Position numbers and translations under genes: made by a program
Assembly (NCBI GenBank): GCA_018901125.1
Contig: JAHIFE010000178.1
Coordinates: 4,989-68,988 of the forward strand
Length of the DNA stretch: 64,000 nt
Direction: 5' to 3'
Source: Pseudomonadota bacterium
GTDB taxonomy: Bacteria > Desulfobacterota > Desulfobacteria > Desulfobacterales > RPRI01
Shown here: positions 1-9,934 of the stretch, piece after piece
Layout of the letters: each line of letters begins with the position of its first letter
Position numbering within the stretch: position 1 is the first letter of the stretch
Notes under the pieces: generated by a model
What the model saw: the letters and a program-made list of their open reading frames with translations, nothing else
Database searches by the model: none
Told to the model about the DNA's origin: nothing

Positions 1-1818
1 TCCTCCTCCCTGAGCTACCTCGGAATAGGACTGGGAAATCCTTTCTATTTCAAGCTCGGTTTGCAACGTGCGATATAGCGATGTACCCGGCATCATATAA
101 TTTAAAACCAGAACCAATCCCTTATCCTCCATTGGCACCAGACTGGATGGCAGCTTATTAACCAGATGAAATATAAGAAATATCATGATGCCAAAAAGCA
201 TAATATTAATTATTGCAGTTTTTATTACCAGTTTAACAACCTTTGTAAAGTTATTGGTTATTTTATCAAACATAACCAGAAACATCCTGATCGGCAGGAT
301 AGGTTTTGAATGTGTCTCTTTTAAAAAGAGTACACAAAGGGCCGGAGTTAGAGTAAGAGCTACAATGCCGGAGATAAAAACCGATATTGCAATTGTGATG
401 GCAAACTGCTGATACATCTTGCCGCTGAATCCACCTATAAAGGAAGCGGGTATAAACACTGCAGAAAGAACAAGAACTATTGCTATAACAGGTGAAGTGA
501 TTTGCTGCATGGCTTTTATAGTTGCTTCTTTTACCGTAAGCTTTTCTTCCCTTAAAATACGCTCCACATTTTCTATAACCACGATGGCATCATCAACCAC
601 AAGTCCTATTGCAAGAATAAGCCCGAACAGAGTTAACAGATTTATAGAAAATCCCGCTGAATAGATACCCGCAAAGGTACCTATAATTGAAACGGGTATT
701 GCCATTACAGGAATAAATGTAGCCCTGAAGTTTCCCAAAAAAACATAAATCACCAGAGTAACAAGAAAAATTGAGATAACAAGAGCAATTATAACTTCTT
801 TTATTGATTCTCTTACAAATCTGGTAATATCATCAACCAGGTTGTATTTTACATCCGGAGGAAAGTTTTTAGACATTTCAGCAAGTTTTTTATTTACCGC
901 ATCTCCAACGGCTACTGCATTAGCACCGGGACTCAAAAAAATACCCATAGCAACACCGGGCTCTCTTTTAAACGAACCTTTCATGCTGTAGTCTTCTGCT
1001 GCAAGTTCCACCCTGGCGACATCTTTTAACCTTAAAGATGAACCATCCCGGCTTGAATGTATAATAATGTTTTCAAATTCTCCAATTGTTTTTAATCTGC
1101 TTTCAGCTCTTACACTGTATGTATAAATCTGTGCCGTTGAGCTGGGCTCCTCGCCGATTCCGCCTGCTGTAAACTGGGCATTCTGACCCTTGATAACATC
1201 GCTTATATCCGAAGGCGTAAGCCCGAAAACAGCCAATTTGTCGGGGTTGAGCCATACTCTCATTGAGTATTTCTTTTCTCCATAAAGAAAAACATCACCA
1301 ACTCCGGGTACTCTTTTCAGATCATCTACCACATTTATCGCAACATAATTTGAAAGAGAGATTATATCCCGCTTTTGATTTTCAGAGATCCAGCACAATA
1401 CTGCAAGCATATCCGGAGAACGTTCACGAACTATAACTCCCTGCTTTTGTACTTCTTCGGGTAAAGTGCTGAGAGCTATCTGTACCCTGTTGTTTACATC
1501 AACGCTTGCCATAGCCGGATCAGTGCCTACATTAAAAAAAATGCTCATCGTCAGTGATCCGTCGGAAGATGCAGTGCTTGATATATAAATCATATCCTTT
1601 ACACCGTTTAGAGAATCTTCAAGCGGTATTGCTACTGTTCTTGAAACGGTATCTGCATCCGCTCCGGGATATACAGCTCTGACTATTATCTGAAGAGGCG
1701 TCAGGGCAGGATACTCCTGGACGGCTAATTCCTTTAGAGCAATGATTCCCGCAAGGGTTATGACAATCGCAATAACTGTGGATAGTAACGGCCTTTCTAT
1801 GAAAAATTTAGAAAACAT
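1..1818 (-). CDS. RND efflux permease subunit (AcrB/MexB HAE1 family), partial: 3' part runs off the left edge
   Basis: Absent from the ORF track because it has no stop in the window. ATG at 1818 reads MFSKFFIERPLLSTVIAIVITLAGI..., with QEYPALTPLQIIVRAVYPGADA and YSMRVWLNPDKL motifs typical of AcrB-family N-termini. Directly downstream of the adaptor gene. Confidence 0.93.
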   Translation of the reverse strand, partial: MFSKFFIERPLLSTVIAIVITLAGIIALKELAVQEYPALTPLQIIVRAVYPGADADTVSRTVAIPLEDSLNGVKDMIYISSTASSDGSLTMSIFFNVGTDPAMASVDVNNRVQIALSTLPEEVQKQGVIVRERSPDMLAVLCWISENQKRDIISLSNYVAINVVDDLKRVPGVGDVFLYGEKKYSMRVWLNPDKLAVFGLTPSDISDVIKGQNAQFTAGGIGEEPSSTAQIYTYSVRAESRLKTIGEFENIIIHSSRDGSSLRLKDVARVELAAEDYSMKGSFKREPGVAMGIFLSPGANAVAVGDAVNKKLAEMSKNFPPDVKYNLVDDITRFVRESIKEVIIALVISIFLVTLVIYVFLGNFRATFIPVMAIPVSIIGTFAGIYSAGFSINLLTLFGLILAIGLVVDDAIVVIENVERILREEKLTVKEATIKAMQQITSPVIAIVLVLSAVFIPASFIGGFSGKMYQQFAITIAISVFISGIVALTLTPALCVLFLKETHSKPILPIRMFLVMFDKITNNFTKVVKLVIKTAIINIMLFGIMIFLIFHLVNKLPSSLVPMEDKGLVLVLNYMMPGTSLYRTLQTELEIERISQSYSEVAQGGG

Positions 1819-1823
1819 AACCC

Positions 1824-2987
1824 TTATGCCTCTTTATTTATAATTTTATCTGTTTTTACCGGCATATCCGGCCTTATTTTGAAGAAATTGTTTACTACAA
1901 CCAGATCGCCCTGATTTAACCCCTTTTCAATAATAAAATCTCCCCCGGAACTTTCACCTACCACAACAGGCCTTATGGCTACTTTCCCATCTTTAACAAT
2001 AAATACAATAGTACCTCCTGGATTTTGAATAACGGCCTGTTGAGGTACAGAAACAGTATTTTTTCTTTTCAGGCCTTCTATCTTGATTCTTACGAACTGC
2101 CCGGGAAGTATTTCTCCTTCCGGATTTGAAAAAATTGCCCTTGCTTTTACGGAAGCAGTTTTTTCATTAATATTTGTATCAACAAAATTGATTACACCTT
2201 TTTTGCTGTATTTCCCATTGTCTGTGATAATCCAGGCCGAAAGCATTTTCCCTGTTTTTGACCAGGAACCGCTTTTTATTTCATATTGTGTTTTAAGAAA
2301 ATCTATATCCGGCAGTGAAAAATCAATATATATTGGATCTGTCTGTGTCAGTGTAACCAGAGGCATGCCGGGTCCGACAAAATTTCCAACATCTACAGAT
2401 CTCAGTCCCGTAACCCCGGATGATGTTGCCCGCACATCGGTATAATTTAGATTAATAGTAGTTTGCAGTAAACGCGCCTTTGCCGCCATAGCTGATGCTT
2501 TGGCTATCTCATATGCTGAAAGAGCCGTATCCCGATCCTGTTCACTAACCACACGATCGTTGAACAGAGCATGGATTCTTTTCCAGTCTCTTTCCGTTTT
2601 ATTTAACTGAGCAAGGGCCTGTTCCAGCAGTGCCTGCGCATTAGCTGTTTCAGCTTCATACATATTCGGTTCAATTTTAAACAGCGGGGCATCTTTTAAA
2701 ACAGATTGGCCTTCCGTAAAAAATTTTTCCTGCAGAATTCCGGAGATCCTTGCCACAAGAGTAACACTGCTCATGCTTTTTGTTCTTGCTGGGTATTCCA
2801 ATTCCACCGGGATATCTTTTAGTTTCGGTACCTGATAAACATCAACAGACACTACGGGCAGCGAATCCATTTTCTTCTGTTCGGATTTAGCTGTTTTATC
2901 CGTTTTCGAACAGGCTGCACCGGATAAAACAAAAAAAATAAGTATGAAAACGGTAAATATGTTTATTGGTAAAATATTTACTCTCAT
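1824..2987 (-). CDS. RND efflux periplasmic adaptor (membrane fusion protein, AcrA/MexA-like)
   Basis: Hydrophobic N-terminus with lipobox-like GAAC, VARISGIL, coiled-coil hairpin, LPGQFVRIKI and VPQQAVI motifs. Start placed at ATG 2987 behind SD AGGAAGGAGA; the ORF track extends to 3044. Confidence 0.92.
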   Translation of the reverse strand: MRVNILPINIFTVFILIFFVLSGAACSKTDKTAKSEQKKMDSLPVVSVDVYQVPKLKDIPVELEYPARTKSMSSVTLVARISGILQEKFFTEGQSVLKDAPLFKIEPNMYEAETANAQALLEQALAQLNKTERDWKRIHALFNDRVVSEQDRDTALSAYEIAKASAMAAKARLLQTTINLNYTDVRATSSGVTGLRSVDVGNFVGPGMPLVTLTQTDPIYIDFSLPDIDFLKTQYEIKSGSWSKTGKMLSAWIITDNGKYSKKGVINFVDTNINEKTASVKARAIFSNPEGEILPGQFVRIKIEGLKRKNTVSVPQQAVIQNPGGTIVFIVKDGKVAIRPVVVGESSGGDFIIEKGLNQGDLVVVNNFFKIRPDMPVKTDKIINKEA

Positions 2988-3037
2988 GATTCTCCTTCCT
3001 AATTGTTCAATATTTTTATAAACTGCGAAGAGTATTT

Positions 3038-3703
3038 TCAACACTCCAATTTTTTAATTTGCGGCTCGTTTTCATCTTTACTGCTTTTAATACTGGTTAA
3101 AAAGAGATCCAGAATTGTTGCTGCATTTTTCGTATAAGGATGCTGCTTGGGATCTCGGAGCCAAAGCAGCAGGAAAGAGCTTATAATACTGTTAAGCGAA
3201 ATTGCGAGATAATATGGAGTGAGCAGCGGTTTAAAAAGTCCTGCTTTAATACCAGCTTCAAAAACATCAGCAAGTTTCATCAGTAGTTTTTCATACAAAA
3301 GCTGGATATCTTCATTAAAGCTGGCGGTTATATATGTGCTTGCCAAATGAGTTCTATCTATATACAGTTTCAAAGTAGCTTCATTTTCCATCAGCACTTC
3401 TCCTTTGACTTTAACATAGTTACGTATTTTTTCAATTTCATTACCCGGTATTTCCAAAGCTTCTATAAAAACGGCATTAGCTTTTTCTGAAAATTCCATA
3501 ATCATTTCAAGGTATAATTCTTCTTTGTTAGGGAAAAATTTATACATCGTCCCGATTGCAAACTCAGCCTTCTTTGCAATTTTATGCATTGAAACATTGT
3601 GGTATCCAAACTCTGAAAAAAGGTCGAGCGCAGCTTTGATTATGTCGTGACGTTGCCGCAACTTCTCCCTTTCCCGTCTTGAGAGTACCTTATTTTTCAT
3701 CAA
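3038..3703 (-). CDS. TetR/AcrR family transcriptional regulator
   Basis: N-terminal HTH IIKAALDLFSEFGYHNVSMHKIAKKAEFAIGTMYKFFPNKEEL; first gene of the efflux operon. Confidence 0.93.
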   Translation of the reverse strand: MMKNKVLSRREREKLRQRHDIIKAALDLFSEFGYHNVSMHKIAKKAEFAIGTMYKFFPNKEELYLEMIMEFSEKANAVFIEALEIPGNEIEKIRNYVKVKGEVLMENEATLKLYIDRTHLASTYITASFNEDIQLLYEKLLMKLADVFEAGIKAGLFKPLLTPYYLAISLNSIISSFLLLWLRDPKQHPYTKNAATILDLFLTSIKSSKDENEPQIKKLEC

Positions 3704-3727
3704 ATAATTTCCTTCTGTTTTAGTTCA

Positions 3728-3783
3728 ATGAGACATTTGTGGAATAGGATGTCACATTATAGAATCAGATGTCACGTTGTCAA
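3728..3783 (-). promoter_or_regulatory. sigma70-type promoter of the tetR-RND operon with overlapping candidate operator
   Basis: Minus strand TTGACA (3783-3778), 16 nt, TATAAT (3761-3756). Imperfect palindrome ATGAGACAT-N12-ATGTCACAT (3728-3757) and direct repeat GATGTCAC (3748, 3768). Confidence 0.55.
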
Positions 3784-3816
3784 TATAAAATACTTCTGGA
3801 ATTAAAATAGATATGA

Positions 3817-3958
3817 GAGCCACTTTCAAAACGTTTCAGTTTGGTCAAGGTCAAGGCGGGTGAAAATTTTAACCGCAGGAATGCATGGGGTATTTCGAGG
3901 ATTATAATTTTCACCCAACGCAGAGATCGGCCAAAATGGGACGTTTTGAAACTGGCTC
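3817..3958 (+). mobile_element. 142-bp MITE-like element, copy 1
   Basis: 18-bp terminal inverted repeat GAGCCACTTTCAAAACGT / ACGTTTTGAAACTGGCTC (1 mismatch), flanked by direct ATGA (3813-3816, 3959-3962). 138/142 identical to the inverted copy at 25216-25357. Confidence 0.85.
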
Positions 3959-4501
3959 ATGATTATATCATTTAATTGTTGTTTTAATGAGATAATTTGG
4001 TTAATCTATTTAAGGAATACTATTTGAAACAAAATTATAATGAGATTTATTATGCCGTTTGATTACACGCTCTGTCAGAAAGATGCTTTAACTCTCGAGT
4101 TGCTTGAAATAAACTCAAGCGGTTCTAATCTCACACCAAGCCATAGCTTGTTTCTCCACCGATCCGTTGTTGAGCTTATTACAAGCGCATCAATTGTAAA
4201 ACTATTGTAAAATTGTTGAAATGTTTTGCAACTAACCTGTTCTTATTTTATAAATTTGCCGATAAGATCGATAAGATATTTAAATTATACTATGAGACCT
4301 TTGCATAACATCCCATTTTTGGCCGATTACTGCCTCAGGCTCAAATCATGTACGAAGAGAAGAGTAAAAGCGACACTCGAAATACTCAATGTATTTATGT
4401 GGTTGCATTTATCGGCTTCTTTGTGCTTGACCCGAACTGGATGTTTTTCAAAGGTTTTACTCTATTAGATAGAATGAATCGCAAAGGAGTTTTTAATTAA
4501 T

Positions 4502-5578
4502 ATGAGTTTTACTTCACTAAAAATCGGTGACCTTGTCAGCCGCATTCCAATTATACAAGGGGGTATGGGGGTTGGCATTTCCATGTCCGGTCTTGCTTCG
4601 GCTGTTGCTAACGAAGGAGGAATAGGAATAATTGCCACCGCCATGATAGGAATTGATGAACCTGACGTTTCCGCCAACCCTTTAGTGGCCAATGTCAGAG
4701 CGCTTAAACGGGAGATAAGAAAAGCACGGTCTATGACTAAAGGGATAATCGGTGTTAACATCATGGTGGCATTAACTCACTATGCCGACCTTGTTAAAGC
4801 ATCTATTGAAGAAGCAGTTGATATAATTATTTCAGGTGCCGGTCTTCCTTTGGATCTTCCAGGGTTCCTTGTTGAGGGTGCTAAAACAAAACTTGTGCCA
4901 ATTGTCTCTTCAGCCCGCGCGGCTAAAATTCTAAGCCAAAAATGGTTATCAAAGTACAATCGTCTGCCTGATGCCTTTGTTGTGGAAGGGCCTAAAGCAG
5001 GAGGACATCTGGGGTTCAAGAAAGAACAGATAAATGATCCGGACTATGCACTTGAAAAACTTGTTAAAGAGGTAATCGAAACCGTTGGACCTATAGCAGC
5101 GAAGTGTAACACTACTATTCCGGTTATAGCAGCGGGCGGAATTTATACTGGTGGGGATATACGTAAGATGTTAGATCTGGGAGCTGCCGGTGTCCAAATG
5201 GGAACCCGGTTTGTAGCAACCTTTGAGTGTGACGCAGCCTTAGACTTCAAGAAAGCATATGTGGATGCAAAGCAAGAAGATCTGATGATAATAAACAGCC
5301 CTGTGGGGATGCCTGGCCGTGCCTTGCATAACAAATTTTTAGATGATGTTGAAAACGGTATCAAAAAACCCTTCAAATGTCCCTACCATTGTATTAAAAC
5401 ATGCGATGTTGAAAACAGTCCTTATTGCATTGCATTGGCTCTTGCAGGAGCCAAGAAAGGAAAATTTAAAAGCGGGTTTGCTTTTGCAGGTTCTAACGCA
5501 TACAGAGTAAATGAGATAGTTTCCGTAAAAGATTTGATACAGACTTTACAACTGGAGTTTTCACAAGCTCAAAGTTGA
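4502..5578 (+). CDS. Nitronate monooxygenase / FabK-like FMN-dependent oxidoreductase
   Basis: PIIQGGMGVG, VEGPKAGGHLG, PVIAAGGI, GVQMGTRF motifs; Cys-rich C-terminal segment (CPYHCIKTC...YC). Confidence 0.88.
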   Translation: MSFTSLKIGDLVSRIPIIQGGMGVGISMSGLASAVANEGGIGIIATAMIGIDEPDVSANPLVANVRALKREIRKARSMTKGIIGVNIMVALTHYADLVKASIEEAVDIIISGAGLPLDLPGFLVEGAKTKLVPIVSSARAAKILSQKWLSKYNRLPDAFVVEGPKAGGHLGFKKEQINDPDYALEKLVKEVIETVGPIAAKCNTTIPVIAAGGIYTGGDIRKMLDLGAAGVQMGTRFVATFECDAALDFKKAYVDAKQEDLMIINSPVGMPGRALHNKFLDDVENGIKKPFKCPYHCIKTCDVENSPYCIALALAGAKKGKFKSGFAFAGSNAYRVNEIVSVKDLIQTLQLEFSQAQS

Positions 5579-5670
5579 TGGGCTCATAAATAAATGCTCT
5601 TTGTCTTCCGGTAAAGCTGATGTTGGAGGGTTATTCTGTGCCTATTGCACATTTTTGTGGCCAATTTTTC

Positions 5671-5699
5671 TTGACATACAAGTTATTTATTCTTATGCT
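5671..5699 (+). promoter_or_regulatory. sigma70-type promoter upstream of the FecR-OmpA-CHASE2 operon
   Basis: TTGACA-17 nt-TATGCT about 120 bp upstream of the ATG at 5818. Confidence 0.5.
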
Positions 5700-5817
5700 T
5701 TTTCCATACAAAAAGTAATGCCTTGTCAAATGTTGTTTAATAATCTATGAGTGAAAACTGATCTGTTCTTTATGGTGCCATAGCGCATATTTTGCTGGCA
5801 ATTGAAAGGAGTAGTGT

Positions 5818-6273
5818 ATGAAAACTCTCTTTTTGATCATATTGTTCTTATCTCTTGTTTTTGTGGGCACTCCGGTGTGCCTGGCGGCAAGTTCAGATCA
5901 TATTGGTATAGTGAAATCACTTGCCGGTGATGTCGTTATTGTGAGGAGTGACAAGACGATAAAGGCAGAGCCGAACATGAAACTTATCAAAGGTGATCTC
6001 GTAATTACGGGAACAGACGGTAAGGTTGGTCTTATCTTTGAAGATGATACCGTCATTTCTATGGGGTCAAACAGCAAGATTCTAATCGAGAACTTCATTT
6101 TTCAACCCAGCGAAAAGAAACTCTCCTTCATAGCCAAATTTTTTAAAGGGACTGCATCAATTTTATCCGGACAGATAGCCACGCTGGCGCCCGAGATGTT
6201 TTGTTTTGAGACACCACTTGCTACTGTTGGTATTAGGGGAACGCATTTCCTGGTTAAGGTAAATCCGGATTGA
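5818..6273 (+). CDS. Secreted FecR-domain protein
   Basis: Signal peptide, then GIVKSLAGDVVIVR...GDLVITGTDG...FEDDTVISMGSNS...TPLATVGIRGTHF (FecR beta-domain pattern); SD AAGGAG. Confidence 0.85.
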   Translation: MKTLFLIILFLSLVFVGTPVCLAASSDHIGIVKSLAGDVVIVRSDKTIKAEPNMKLIKGDLVITGTDGKVGLIFEDDTVISMGSNSKILIENFIFQPSEKKLSFIAKFFKGTASILSGQIATLAPEMFCFETPLATVGIRGTHFLVKVNPD

Positions 6274-6345
6274 GGGTAATCCTCTCGCTTCGTTGCTGTT
6301 CTTTCCAATCACTCCGGACAATTGATTTTTAAGGAGGATAAGAGT

Positions 6346-6948
6346 ATGTATTACAGGCTGCGTCTTGCGTTTCTTTTTATCACGATCCTTCTTGTAAGCG
6401 GTTGTGCTGCACATAAGGATATAATTGTCCTGATCCCTGATTCCGATGGGAAAACGGGAAGCATTACCGTTTCAAATCAGGCAGGAAGTGTTGCAATTGA
6501 CTCTCCTAACCACGCAACGAGCATTATCGATTCAAACAAGCTCCCTTCTCCTCCTGTAAAGCTGGAACAAGATACAATTGATACAATGTTTTCAGAAGCA
6601 CTCTCCATGCAGCCTAAACAACCGCAGCATTTTATTTTGTATTTTGAAAAAGATACACTTCTTACATCGGATTCAAACGAACTTATCCCTGCTATAATTA
6701 CTGCTATCCGGGAACGTAATTCTACAGACATCATGGTGGTGGGACACTGCGATACCTTGGGAAGCAAAGATTACAACATGACTCTTTCAGAAAACAGAGC
6801 TATTTCCGTAAAAGACTTGCTGATTGGCCAGGGTGTTGGCCCGGACAATATCAAGACAACTTCACACGGAAAGGAAAACCCATTGATAAAAACCGGAGAT
6901 AATGTGAGCGAAGCAAGAAACCGCAGAGTGGAAGTTGTAATAAGGTAA
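6346..6948 (+). CDS. OmpA-family peptidoglycan-binding lipoprotein
   Basis: Lipobox LLVSGC; OmpA C-domain motifs VVGHCDTLGS..YNMTLSENRA and RNRRVEV. Start at ATG 6346 after AAGGAGG. Confidence 0.9.
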   Translation: MYYRLRLAFLFITILLVSGCAAHKDIIVLIPDSDGKTGSITVSNQAGSVAIDSPNHATSIIDSNKLPSPPVKLEQDTIDTMFSEALSMQPKQPQHFILYFEKDTLLTSDSNELIPAIITAIRERNSTDIMVVGHCDTLGSKDYNMTLSENRAISVKDLLIGQGVGPDNIKTTSHGKENPLIKTGDNVSEARNRRVEVVIR

Positions 6949-6958
6949 AGTTATTAAT

Positions 6959-9889
6959 GTGAAAGAACAGGATTCAAGTATTCAGGCAATCGGATTGACC
7001 AAAAAAATCCTTCTTACAGGGCTTGTAATTAGTCTTTTTATTGTTGCAGCCTACCTGATTTATCCCCGCTTTATAAGATCCATTAACAACAGATCAACGG
7101 ATATTATCATGGCCTTTTCTGAAAAAAAGGCTGCATCAGGTTCCGTGGTGGTAGTTGATATCGACGAAAAAAGTCTCGCAGAATATGGCCAATGGCCATG
7201 GCCCCGGTATCGGCTATCACAACTTCTCCAAAAAATTGCCGAAACGGGGGCTACAAGTATAGCTCTGGACATGATTCTTGCCGAGCCTGATCGAACCTCT
7301 CCTGTGAACTGGCAAATATCCGTTGGCCATGAACGAGAATATCCGGTTGACTTGTCAGGCAGCATTCCAGCTGAGACACTTGATCACGACCGATGCCTTG
7401 CAGATACCTTTTCAAAGGGACCTTACGTCCTCGGTTATGAATTTCTCTTTAAAAACAACTCAAAACCTAATACTGAGTGCAGGCTTCATCCGTTTAGGGT
7501 TGTAAGGATGAACAGACCGGATAAGGGAGAACGACAGCCCGGGTTTTTCACTGCCAATGGAGTTGTCTGCAATCTTCGGCTCTTTTCCGATGCCATAAAG
7601 TATTCGGGATTTCTTAATGCTACACCCGATTCAGATGGAGTCCTCAGGAGGGTTCCTCTGGTTATACGGTTTGAGGGCCAACTTTTTCCCTCCCTTGCAC
7701 TGGCAAGTCTAATGCAATGGAAGAACTCAGATCGAATAGATATCATAAAGACGAAAGGCGGTTTTCTGAATTTAAATATCTGTGGGGTAAGCATCCCTGT
7801 CGATAGACAAGGAAATATGATTTTAAATTTCAGTAAAAGTGCTACCACCCCGCAGGTTTCAGCCGGAGATATTCTTGTCGGCAATGTTTTGCCCGGATAT
7901 TTCAAGGATAAAATAGTTCTTGTAGGATCTACCGCCTCCGGCCTGGATCATACTTATCAGACTCCAACCAACCCGGTATATTCACATGTAGACCTGCATG
8001 CACAGATTCTGGAGAATCTGATAAGTGGGCAATCGGTTTTTCGGCCTAGGGAATTTCTGCTATGGGAAGCGATTTTAGGGCTTATCCTGGCGATTTTAAT
8101 ATGCCTGACAATTGCCAAGATGGGAATTCTGGCAAGTGCCGTAGTTGCAGGTGCAGCTATTTCAGGGATCTGGATCGGGACCGGTTTGCTCTTTCGTGCA
8201 TATGGCTGTCTGTTGTCGCCATTATTACCTACAGTTCTGATTGTATCTAACTATACCGTTCTTACTATCCTCAAGGAATGGAAAAATCATCTGGCTGCCA
8301 GAGAAAAGGCTGGCAATGCACTGGTTTTGCTCAAGTCAAGCGAAAAAGAATTGAATTCCATAATCAAAAGCGTTCCGGATATAATTTTCCGGCTTGATTC
8401 CGAAGGCCGAATAACATTTTTAAGTCCGGCTGTTTCAAAATATATAAGCTCTCCCGAACATTTGATAGGACAACCTATATTTAACCTGGTTGCACCCAAT
8501 GATCTGCAGAAAGTAAAGTACAGGATTAATGAAAAGCGAACAGGCAGTAGGGCAACTTACGGGTTGGAAGTTCGCCTCCTGTTGCCTCATAAAAAAGATG
8601 GAACTATTGAAGAGGAAGGATATTTCAGTGTCTCTGCTGAGGGAATCTATCGGAACGAGACTCCATGCTCGGCTGAATTTATTGGGACTCAGGGAATCAT
8701 AAGGGATATTACTGAGCAGAAAAAGCTCGAGGAAAGGTTGCTCCATGCAAAAAAGATGGAAACAATAGGCAATCTGGCGGCAGGGGTGGCCCACGATCTC
8801 AACAACATACTTACCGGGCTGGTATCCTATCCGGATCTGCTTTTGCTGGAACTTCCAGAGGGCAGCCCCATGCGTAAAAAAATTGCTGTTATTCAGAAGT
8901 CCGGCCAAAAGGCTGCGGCAATTGTACAGGATCTTCTAACTCTTGCTCGTCGTGGAGTTAAGGTCAGCAAACCTGTCAACATGAACAATGTCATTTCCGA
9001 CTATATTATATCTCCTGAATACAACGCCGCTAATAAATTCCATCCGGGTGTTATTTTGGAGACCGATCTCGCTTCTGACTTGATGAATGTAAAGGGATCA
9101 CGGGTACATCTTTCCAAGGCTATCATGAACATTCTGAACAACGCTGCCGAGGCGATGCCTGCCGGAGGACATATCCGTCTCTCTTCGTATAATCGTTATC
9201 TTGATATTTCTTTGAACCTCTATGAAGAGATTCCAGCCGGAGAATATGTTTGTATCAGCGTTGCAGACGAAGGGGTAGGAATAGCCGATGAGGACCTCGA
9301 AAAGATTTTTGAGCCGTTTTACAGCAAGAAATCTATGAAACGCAGCGGATCGGGTTTAGGGATGACGGTAGTATGGGCTACTGTCAAAGATCATAAGGGG
9401 TATATAGATCTGAAAAGCACGGAGGGGGAGGGCACCAGGATAGTTTTATATTTGCCTGCTACCCGTGAAAGCGAGGAAATAGATTCACACAGGATTGTCC
9501 TTGAAGAATATCTTGGCACAGAACGAGTGCTTATAGTCGATGACATGCCGGAACAGGTTCAGATCGCCTCAAATATGCTTTCCAAACTTGGGTATAAAGT
9601 GGATACGGTTGGAAGCGGTGAGGCGGCAGTTGAATATATGCAAAAAAATCAAGCAGATCTTATAGTCCTTGATATGGTCATGCCGGGAGGTTTAGATGGT
9701 CTTGAAACTTATCAGCGGATTATAGAAATCCATCCGCGCCAGAAAGCAATAATTGCGAGTGGTTTTTCCGAATCCGACAGAGTTAAAGCACTTCAGGCGC
9801 TTGGCGCAGGAGCCTATATCTCGAAGCCTTATACACTTGAAAAAATCGGTGTTGCGGTAAGAAAAGAGTTGGATCGCAGGCGTATATAG
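6959..9889 (+). CDS. CHASE2-PAS hybrid sensor histidine kinase with C-terminal receiver
   Basis: CHASE2 motifs VVVVDIDEKSLAEYGQWPWPR and DSDGVLRRVPL, three TM helices, PAS, H-box GVAHDLNNIL, HATPase G-boxes, REC LIVLDMVMP. Confidence 0.93.
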   Translation: MKEQDSSIQAIGLTKKILLTGLVISLFIVAAYLIYPRFIRSINNRSTDIIMAFSEKKAASGSVVVVDIDEKSLAEYGQWPWPRYRLSQLLQKIAETGATSIALDMILAEPDRTSPVNWQISVGHEREYPVDLSGSIPAETLDHDRCLADTFSKGPYVLGYEFLFKNNSKPNTECRLHPFRVVRMNRPDKGERQPGFFTANGVVCNLRLFSDAIKYSGFLNATPDSDGVLRRVPLVIRFEGQLFPSLALASLMQWKNSDRIDIIKTKGGFLNLNICGVSIPVDRQGNMILNFSKSATTPQVSAGDILVGNVLPGYFKDKIVLVGSTASGLDHTYQTPTNPVYSHVDLHAQILENLISGQSVFRPREFLLWEAILGLILAILICLTIAKMGILASAVVAGAAISGIWIGTGLLFRAYGCLLSPLLPTVLIVSNYTVLTILKEWKNHLAAREKAGNALVLLKSSEKELNSIIKSVPDIIFRLDSEGRITFLSPAVSKYISSPEHLIGQPIFNLVAPNDLQKVKYRINEKRTGSRATYGLEVRLLLPHKKDGTIEEEGYFSVSAEGIYRNETPCSAEFIGTQGIIRDITEQKKLEERLLHAKKMETIGNLAAGVAHDLNNILTGLVSYPDLLLLELPEGSPMRKKIAVIQKSGQKAAAIVQDLLTLARRGVKVSKPVNMNNVISDYIISPEYNAANKFHPGVILETDLASDLMNVKGSRVHLSKAIMNILNNAAEAMPAGGHIRLSSYNRYLDISLNLYEEIPAGEYVCISVADEGVGIADEDLEKIFEPFYSKKSMKRSGSGLGMTVVWATVKDHKGYIDLKSTEGEGTRIVLYLPATRESEEIDSHRIVLEEYLGTERVLIVDDMPEQVQIASNMLSKLGYKVDTVGSGEAAVEYMQKNQADLIVLDMVMPGGLDGLETYQRIIEIHPRQKAIIASGFSESDRVKALQALGAGAYISKPYTLEKIGVAVRKELDRRRI

Positions 9890-9934
9890 AATTCTTATGT
9901 TTTGCAATTCCAAAATATTGTTGGTGGTACGAAG

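Noticed and set aside
3963-4501. Small ORFs (4226-4468 and others) or an sRNA between the MITE and the flavoenzyme gene
   Set aside because: No motif, SD or stable structure could be supported.
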